Shown: one piece after another, positions 56,229-64,000 of the stretch
Layout of the letters: each line of letters starts with the position of its first letter
How positions within the stretch are numbered: the first letter of the stretch is position 1
From: Asterias rubens
Lineage: Eukaryota
Length of the DNA: 64,000 bases
Assembly (NCBI RefSeq): GCF_902459465.1
Contig: NC_047063.1
Coordinates: 3,224,001-3,288,000, forward strand
Reading direction: 5' to 3'
Notes under the pieces: generated by a model
What the model saw: only the letters and a program-made list of their open reading frames with translations
Databases searched by the model: none
What the model was told of the DNA's origin: nothing
Made by a program: the position numbers and the translations under genes

Positions 56229-59200
56229 ATGGCATATAAAGATTCAGGGATGTCTTTCTCGGAATGGTGCGACCAGAAGTTTACAAACATGTACAGCCAT
56301 GATGAGTTTGCGAGCTTGGAGTTGTCTTCAGCATCACCACAGACCAAGAATGATACCACGTCACCCAGGAGCATCATGATCAAACAACCAGAGGGAAATA
56401 ACCGCTCGCTCCCCTTGCCCGCCCAGACGAAGAGCTCCAGGAGAGTAGTTTCATGCAGTTGGACCCCCTCAAAAAATGCTGCCTCAAAGGCTCATCATGA
56501 AGAGTTGTTGCAGCCACCAGCATCAAACTCGGGAAATAAGCGGACAGACTGTCAAAATACTCAAAAGACTGAGACTGAAAAAAGCTGTGTGAAGAAAGTG
56601 CATAGCAAGGCCAAAACTGCAACTCCGAGTAAAGCTTCGCCAAACAGAACTCAAAGTAAAGATTCGCCAACCAGACCAGAGGTAAAACTACAGAGTAGGA
56701 GAAGGAAAACCAAGAGTAGCCAAGATGCTCCTGTTGCCCCCGATGAGGTGGCAGGAAAGAAGCATGAGACTGAGAAAAGATGTGCATCTTTTGACAGTGG
56801 TAGTTCAGAGAGCAACTCTTCGAAGAGAAACCACAGTGATTTGGATTTGTCTCCAGGCAATCGGCAGCTGAAGACTAAGATGAGCAAGAATGCCCTGGGA
56901 GGGTCTCAGACAAAAAATGGTTCTGAGAAACTACACACTGAGTCGTCTTACTGCGTTGATGAGAGTTGCTCAGGAGTGGAGGTGGGTGGTGTCATGGGAC
57001 ATACAGAAAAACTAACATCAAAAGCGAACTGTAAGAAGAGCAGTATCACAGTGGATTGTACAAATACTGGGCGTCTGCAAGAAATCACATCTCAACAACA
57101 GGAAAGCTTTAAACCAGAACAAAAAAGTGTGAAGAAAGGAAAACATAGTACAACCAAAAAGGTTAAGGAGCGTGTAAGCCTTACGGACAAGCAGAAAATA
57201 AAGCAGAAATATGTTGACGGTGAATTTGATGTGGAATCTTGGGACAGCACCTTTGATAATCCTGAGATGCCATCTTTGAAACAACGAGGTGCTGGTGATG
57301 ATCAATGTGGTTCTAGCCTAGAAAAAAGCACAAAGACATCGGGGAAGTTGAGGTCCGAGGATAAATCTTCCAAGATGCCAAGAAGTGACGACATGGGCAC
57401 AGCGTTAAACACTAAACAAATAGAGGCAATCTTAAAGGAAAAAAGTCCTTCAGTTCCTAGTGATGCTGCCAAAACCACAAGAGAGAAAAGCACAAAAGGT
57501 CACAAAGTAAAGCAGAAGCCGACTGCATCACCGAGCAGTACTAAAGACAAGACAGTAGTGACCAGTCCATCCCCTGATGAAAAAACAGTCCCCAGAACTA
57601 AAAGTCCAAGAACCAAATGTGACCAAGAGGTGAGCAGAGCGGTAGAGATGCAACTTAGGTCACTTTCACCACGACCTGAGGAAGGAGGATTCTTCTCGAA
57701 GCGTGTGCTACAGTCGGTCTTGGGTCCATCGCTCAGAGGAAGACAACCACCACGGCCCAAGTCTGCGGGAAGTTTGAGAGCAAGTGATGAGAGCAAGTCT
57801 TACCGAGTGCAGCAGCAACAGAGGAAGTCCTGGCCACCAGCTGCTAAGGTTCATCTAGACCACATCTATGATGCGTTTAACTTTGCCCCTCAGGAGGATG
57901 AACCAAAAGGCACTGGGGTGACGCCGACAAAACAGGTTAGCAAGTCTCCCAAGAAACCCAACGGAGATTCTCCTGGAATTAACGTCAGACAGTCGCAGCT
58001 AGAGAAGTCTCTTCAACAGCAAACTCCTCATCGGGCCCAAAGCATGATGCAGCCTCGCTCAGTTTTTCAAATTCTTGTTGACGATTCTGAAAAGGAGAAA
58101 TTGGAATTCCTAGCTAAAGCAGAAACTCTGAAACAAGTGAAGGACAAGGTGTCGCAGAAGGAAGAAAATGTTGCAAAGGCTGCGCCTCGATTCATCCCAA
58201 GGAGCCTTTCAATAAAAAAATGTATTTCAGTTGAACAGAGTGACAAGGAGATTGAACCACAATCAAATGCTGCACCACAGAAATCTGAGAATGCAGTCGA
58301 CCCTCTACCACCATCCGAACTTCCTTGCCCAAGGAAAAAGAAAGACATCATTCTGGAGTGGCTGGACAAACATGAAGAACCAACAGCCTGTAAAGTGGCT
58401 GATACTTTGCCATTTTCTTCGACTCAGCCAAAGGAAACTACCAGAAGAGGACAGGAGGACTTGGAGGCAGGTGAGCTGTCTAACTCCTCAGGATCCGGTG
58501 ATGCATGGGAAACACTGATAGATGGAATCATGTCTAGTAACAATGAAGAATTTTTCAGAAGAAAAAAGTCTAACAAGGCGCATCCGAAACATCAAGTATC
58601 TCCCTTCAAGGTGGCTTCTTACCCTGCGGATAAAGATCTCAAACCACTGGTTTCTCCCTTGATGCAAAAGAATGTTGCTACGGTGTCCCCATACTATGTG
58701 TGCCCTCCTGCCGTCCAGACAAGGAGGACCCGGGCAAGCACATGGACTGGGCCGACGCCACACATCTGGGGTGGGGGCCAAGCCCAAACTTCTCCACGCC
58801 TTCCATATGCTTTTGATCAGTTTAGTTCAGAGCAGAACTCCACTAATTTTGATCAAACTACGGGTGGTAGACAACGGAATGCCGAGTCATCGCAGTATGG
58901 TAATACGGAAGCTCCAGGTGAATACCCATGGAAAAGAGATGGATTCCAGACCCCATGCAGCAACACAGGAGACTGTGAATCAGCCTTCACTACAACTGGT
59001 GTCCATCAGATCAGATCTCTGTCTGACAACATCCCGCCAAGATTCCTCAAAAGAGGTCATCAAAGGTCAAGAAGTAGCTTACCTTTTAATTCTCATCAAC
59101 CGACTTCAGGTCCAAGATGTGTCTACACCAGTGGAACTACTCGCTCCCCTAACCTGGTGGCCATACCGAGTTCAAATCAATTCCCAGCATCAAGAGGTTT

Positions 59201-62200
59201 GACATCCCCATTGTCTGAAGTCAAAGCCAGTCCGCCGAGTTATAGACCTTGGTCCACCGGGTCTGCCGGCTGGTCCTCCTCGATGAACAGAACTCCGGGC
59301 ACGATTGTTCCGACTAGATTCACCCCGTGGACGAATGAGGTCACAACGTCAAGCCCGTGGAAGACGTACCAACGACCTCATCACCCATCTTCCCTCGTAG
59401 AACTTAGTCCTGTGGTTGACTATCCAGTATCCTTGGTACCCTACATTGACACTCACTGTCACATAGACTTCCTCTACCAGCGATCGGATTTCCGTGGGAC
59501 TTTTAAGAAGTTCTCTACTGTTCACAACTTTCCAAGGAACTATGCCGGCTGCCTGGCAGTGTTCTGTACCCCGGAGTCGTTTAAGAGGGGGGCAATCTGG
59601 GAGGATTTGGTGATGGAGGATAACATTTGGGCGGCATTTGGATGTCATCCTCATCATGCTAAGAGCTACGATGGTGTCGTTGAGGAGAACATCATCCGAT
59701 GTATGAAGCATCCCAAGGTGAGATTTTTTTTTATTATTATTTTTTATTATGCAAGTTTGCCCCAATTAAGGCTAAAAGCCACTTTAGGTAAGGGGCTACG
59801 AGAAGAAAATGATTAAACATAAAAAACAAAAGGGTTATTAAAGGGTTTTGAAACCTTTTTGTAGTTAAAGTTTGTTTTTTGACATAAATCCCTACTTACT
59901 GTGAGTGAAAGTGTATGTAATATAATTTACCTGTAGAAGTTTCAGCTTAATTAGACGCCAAGTTAAGTTGAGAAATAATTTATTTAAAAAATTATTTTTG
60001 TGACATTGTTTACTCATTTTTCAAAAACTACAGCACCTCACAGCAAGTAATATATTCACCATCATTATCTTTAAACCAGTTTAATGTAAATCTGTGGACA
60101 TTGTGTTTTGTGTCGTATAAGCTTTGTAACAGTGCTATACAAAAAGTACCCAAACACTTTATCAACTGGAAGTTAACTTCAACAAATATCCCGACCTTTT
60201 TTCCTGCCCCTAACAGGCCATAGCATTAGGAGAGATCGGTCTGGACTATTCAAATCGCTGCACATCGGACAGGCCGCTGCAGCTTCAAGTCTTCCGTCGT
60301 CAACTGGAGATTGCCGTCCACACGAACAAACCTCTCGTCATACACAGCCGCGATGCGGAAGAGGATACTCTAAGCATCATGAGTGAGATTGTACCTAGAA
60401 ACTACAAGATACATCGTCACTGCTTCACTGGTTCCCCGGAGGAGGCAAGGTAAGGCCGTGTCCAAATTGGTGTCTTCTACAGCTATGGCTACAGCTGTTG
60501 CTAAGAGTGTTGCTAAGGATGTCCAATACCTCAACACATGATGTAGCCGCCAATTTGTACAATAATAATAATAATAATAATAATAGTGGCTTCTTATATA
60601 GCGCTCAGGTCCGTCACGCAGTGACGTTCATGGCGCTTCAACATTATTACCCCTGGTCACTGGGCCTTAAATCATTCCTCTGGACACTAATGGTAATTGT
60701 CAAAGACTAGTCTTCACACTTGGTGTATCTCAACAAATGCATAAAATAACAAACCTGGGAAAAGCTGGTTTCTTTTGCCAGTTTCATGATATTTGGCCAA
60801 GACTGCTTCTCAAATTTTGAGAAAGACTCAGCTTGGGTTAAAATGTCAGGTCATCAACTGGTAGTTCTGCAAAGTGTTTTTTTTTCTTTTCATATATTTG
60901 TAAAATTCAAGATGATTTACAAATAATTATATCAAATAAAATATGAATTTTCAAGACTTCTACATCTTGATTTCTACATCAAGATGAATTCCAAATAGAG
61001 CTATCAAATAAAACATGACATTTTATCTATTGCTTTTGCATACAGACTTCTACATCTTCTGACAAATAGAATTAAATGTTATTTTACCCAGGAGATTCTT
61101 CCAAGCTTTTCCCAAAGCTTTCATCGGTTTAACGGCGCTGGTGACGTTCCCAACCGCTTACCCCGTCCATCGAACTGCTTCGGAAATCCCTCTTGAAAAG
61201 ATCATATTGGAGACGGATGCTCCGTACTTCCTCCCAAAGCAGGTATGTCAAGGAGGTATTAGATAGCTGGGAAATTTGTTCGCAATTTTATAAGGAAATA
61301 TAATTAGCTGGTGCAAACTGCTTACCAACCAAAATAACTTATGGAATAAATGCATCATCAGACCATTAACTATTTTTTGCAAATTGTTTCTTTGTAACTT
61401 AATTTTTGTAATTTTGTATTTTGAAACTTGTTTTCATAATGTTTGTAATTTGTTTTGGTAACCTCGTACCTTGTACCTTGTTTTGCTATTTTCTTTAATG
61501 GCCTAATGGAAAGAAGCCGAATTGATTGGCTGTGTTTGGCTATTTTTGGATATTGTGTGGTTTTCCTTGTAACTTTGTTTATTTGTCTTATATTGTGTTT
61601 GTTTTTCTGCTCTTTTATTTATCTGAATAACTTCAAATCAAATCAACACCAAAGTTCATTGATACTTGGGGAAGTTGAGACTTTTATGAAGTTGTTATCT
61701 CACACTCCTTTATACTAGAATGCTGTCAGGTTAAAAGTTTCCCCAAAATATCTCCCAGCCTGGGACCCAGGCCTGATACTTCACTGAGGCATCAGAGACG
61801 ATTGCCTCGGTTGCCCCTGGTCATTGCCTTGGTGCCCTTGAAATGCTCCAGTAGAAATGTACAATTTCCTCAGAGAGGGGCCCTTTACTAATGAGAAAAT
61901 GCCTCGGTGCCCTTTCAAAAAACAAAGCTTACAGGCTTGATCTTTCAACAATGAGTAAATCACTGAATCTTAGTTCACTTGAGTATTTGAGTGTTTTCAC
62001 TTGAGTATTGGAGTTTTTACTCTGATGCTTTAGTGTTTTAGTCTTCCCTTTTTTAACATAAACTTGTCAGAGATGTGAAGTGGAGCACTTGATGACCACT
62101 TCACGAGCTGCTCATAATTAATGCAGCATTGAACTAACCTTTATTGGATCCATGTAGTCTTTAAAAGCCTTAGTGCATTGAGAATATTGACTGATATAGT

Positions 62201-63058
62201 TTGAGTTTGTATCCTTCCCTTAGTTCTAGTTGTTATGATTACTGGGGGAAACCATTATAATAGACCGATCCATTAGGCTCCGCCCATGACGCACGTGTGA
62301 GCAAGAACATGTGAGCCTCTCCAATGCCTTTCTGCACAATCTGCCACGCGCGCTAAGCATACGCGACTAAGCATACGCGCAAGCATGTCAGACCTTATTT
62401 GTTGGACCTTCGTTGCGTGTGATTGGTCAATACGGAATGGGGCGGAGCTTAATGGATCGGTCTATTCACCAGCTTACTTGGTAACTGTTGGACCTTCGTT
62501 GCGTGTGATTGGTCAATACGGAATGGGGCGGAGCTTAATGGATCGGTCTATTCACCAGCTTACTTGGTAACTACCCTTCCAAATTCAGGCAAAACAGTGG
62601 GGACATTAAAAAAATAAACACAGCTTAAAAAATACCTTTTACCCATGTCTAAAAAAAGTGTAAAATTTCAGGCAAATCAACCCCTTTACCCCTTCTAACC
62701 ATTAATATGACCATGAAGACAAGAGTTAATTTATGATGTATAACCTGTGTAAAAATACTATTAAAATGACAATTTTTAAAGTGTTTTATTTTTCACCATC
62801 AGGAGAATGTATTTAGTCTGAAATGATATGTCCCAACTAAATTCTTGGACTTAATAAATCCATCTGTATCACAAACAATGTTTGTCCACTCCTTAATACA
62901 TATTGCCATTTCTCTTGCAGTGTCCACAGTACTTGCGCTGGGCTAACCCTAGCATGGCAATCTTTGTGGCAGCTCGCATTGCCCAGTTGCGAGGTATCCC
63001 ATTGGATGAAGTTCTCTACATTGTCCGAGCGAACACTAAAGAGATGTATGGTATCTAA
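56229..63058 (+). CDS. TATDN2: TATDN2-like TatD nuclease with a long disordered N-terminus (1336 aa)
   Basis: Exons 56229-59717, 60217-60449, 61092-61242, 62921-63058 (TAA). The TatD domain starts near residue 1072 with metal ligands intact: IDTHCH, GEIGLDY, VIHSR, HRHCFTG, ETDAPYF. WAAFGCHPH and FPRNYAGC resemble TATDN2. The ATG directly follows an acceptor AG, so upstream exons probably exist. Confidence 0.93.
60679..60758. mobile_element. MITE family A left-end fragment
   Basis: CTGGACACTAATGGTAATTGTCAAAGACTAG...AACAAACCTG, fused to a SINE tail. Confidence 0.7.
62262..62463. mobile_element. MITE with AT flanks (ISL2EU-like)
   Basis: TIR AGACCGATCCATTAGGCTCCGCCC / GGGCGGAGCTTAATGGATCGGTCT, flanked by AT. 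Confidence 0.75.
62400..62571. repeat. Perfect 86-bp tandem duplication
   Basis: 62400-62485 is identical to 62486-62571. Confidence 0.95.
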
Positions 63059-64000
63059 CGACAACGCATCAGTGAAGGTGCCAAACAATTAGTGAGAGAA
63101 TCAAAGGAAGTAAGAAAGAGAGAGAAGTGAGACTGGTGGGGGGGGGGGGGTCAAATGCTAGTTACCTTTTTCAAGTTTAATTCTACACAAAAATATGTCA
63201 TACTTGCTGAGTTATGTGTGGAACATCCTAGGAGTTTTATACACCGTCATTGTTAATTTGTATGTGACTCTAGGCAATAAATAAGCAGGTTTTTAAAAAT
63301 AATTTCCAGTGACTAACCAATTATGGAACCATTTAGCTTTCTGATTTCCTGGCCTTGTTTGAAACTGATCTGATCTTCAGGGAGGCTGTACATATTCCTT
63401 CATTATTTTCTCAAAGAATGAGGGTACTGTGAATAATTCAAGTGGAGACAATTCTCTGGGTTACTGGTGCTTACTGGCATTTAATTATTGAGATAAAAGA
63501 TTATGTCTGTAGGAGAAATATTTTTCATCTAAAGCCATAATAGCATTGGACTTAGAATGGTTAACTTAGCGCCGGAAATTGTTAATTTACCAATATTAAG
63601 TCCAAGTGCATACAGCCGGTAACTTATCGGGGTGGTAAGTTACCGTCACGGCGATGTTAACTTAACAGGCCGATTTGAGCCCCGATAACTTAACAATGTT
63701 AACTCGATGTGCCTTATTTTTAAATTCTGCTATCCAATTAAGCTTTCTTCACAAAAAATCATTTCATTGTTGCACTAAAATTGTGATCATCTGATGAACT
63801 TGCTACTATTTTGTTCCATGGTGCCGCTCTATTGAAAACTACAGTTTACAATGACACTTTGTCTTTACTTGCTCACAACAGTTTTAAAAAAATGTACTTT
63901 TGTGTTAATTGTTGATACATAGAAAGGAAAAGGAATACTTCTTAGAGTGAAAAGTGAAAGATAAATAATAATTAAAAAAAAACATGAATCAATTTTTCAA

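Noticed and set aside
56380-59765. Multiple antisense and alternative-frame ORFs within the large TATDN2 exon
   Set aside because: Expected by-products of a 3.5-kb open frame with biased composition; none resembles a known protein.

Overview
AT-rich eukaryotic (metazoan) genomic DNA with spliceosomal GT-AG introns. The proteins and repeat landscape suggest an invertebrate deuterostome, probably an echinoderm such as a sea star (inference). I reconstructed seven intron-containing genes exon by exon with consistent reading phase: the 3' part of a CPNE5/8/9-type copine (+), ALG10 (-), TPRKB/Cgi121 (+, head-to-head with ALG10), a divergent CFAP20 (+), KLHDC8 (+), QNG1/C9orf64 queuosine nucleotide glycosylase (+), and a TATDN2-like TatD nuclease with a ~1070-aa low-complexity N-terminus (+). 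Introns and intergenic DNA are dense with TTAA-targeting Kolobok/T2-type MITEs, Harbinger-like and AT-TSD MITEs, tRNA-derived SINEs, other tRNA-core repeats and minisatellites. The best leads are: (1) a 385-bp LTR retroelement remnant with a perfect 18-nt tRNA-Ser(GCU) primer-binding site and a 5-bp TSD in a QNG1 intron; (2) an in-frame tandem duplicate of the QNG1 last exon with its own CAGCAG acceptor; (3) a duplicated then disabled splice acceptor in TPRKB; (4) a 170-bp ALG10/TPRKB bidirectional promoter; (5) copine-ALG10 microsynteny apparently shared with human; (6) RFX X-boxes in CFAP20 intron 1. I found no CRISPR array, prokaryotic-type system or true tRNA/rRNA gene. Comparisons with human proteins and TE superfamily rules come from recall, not from database searches.
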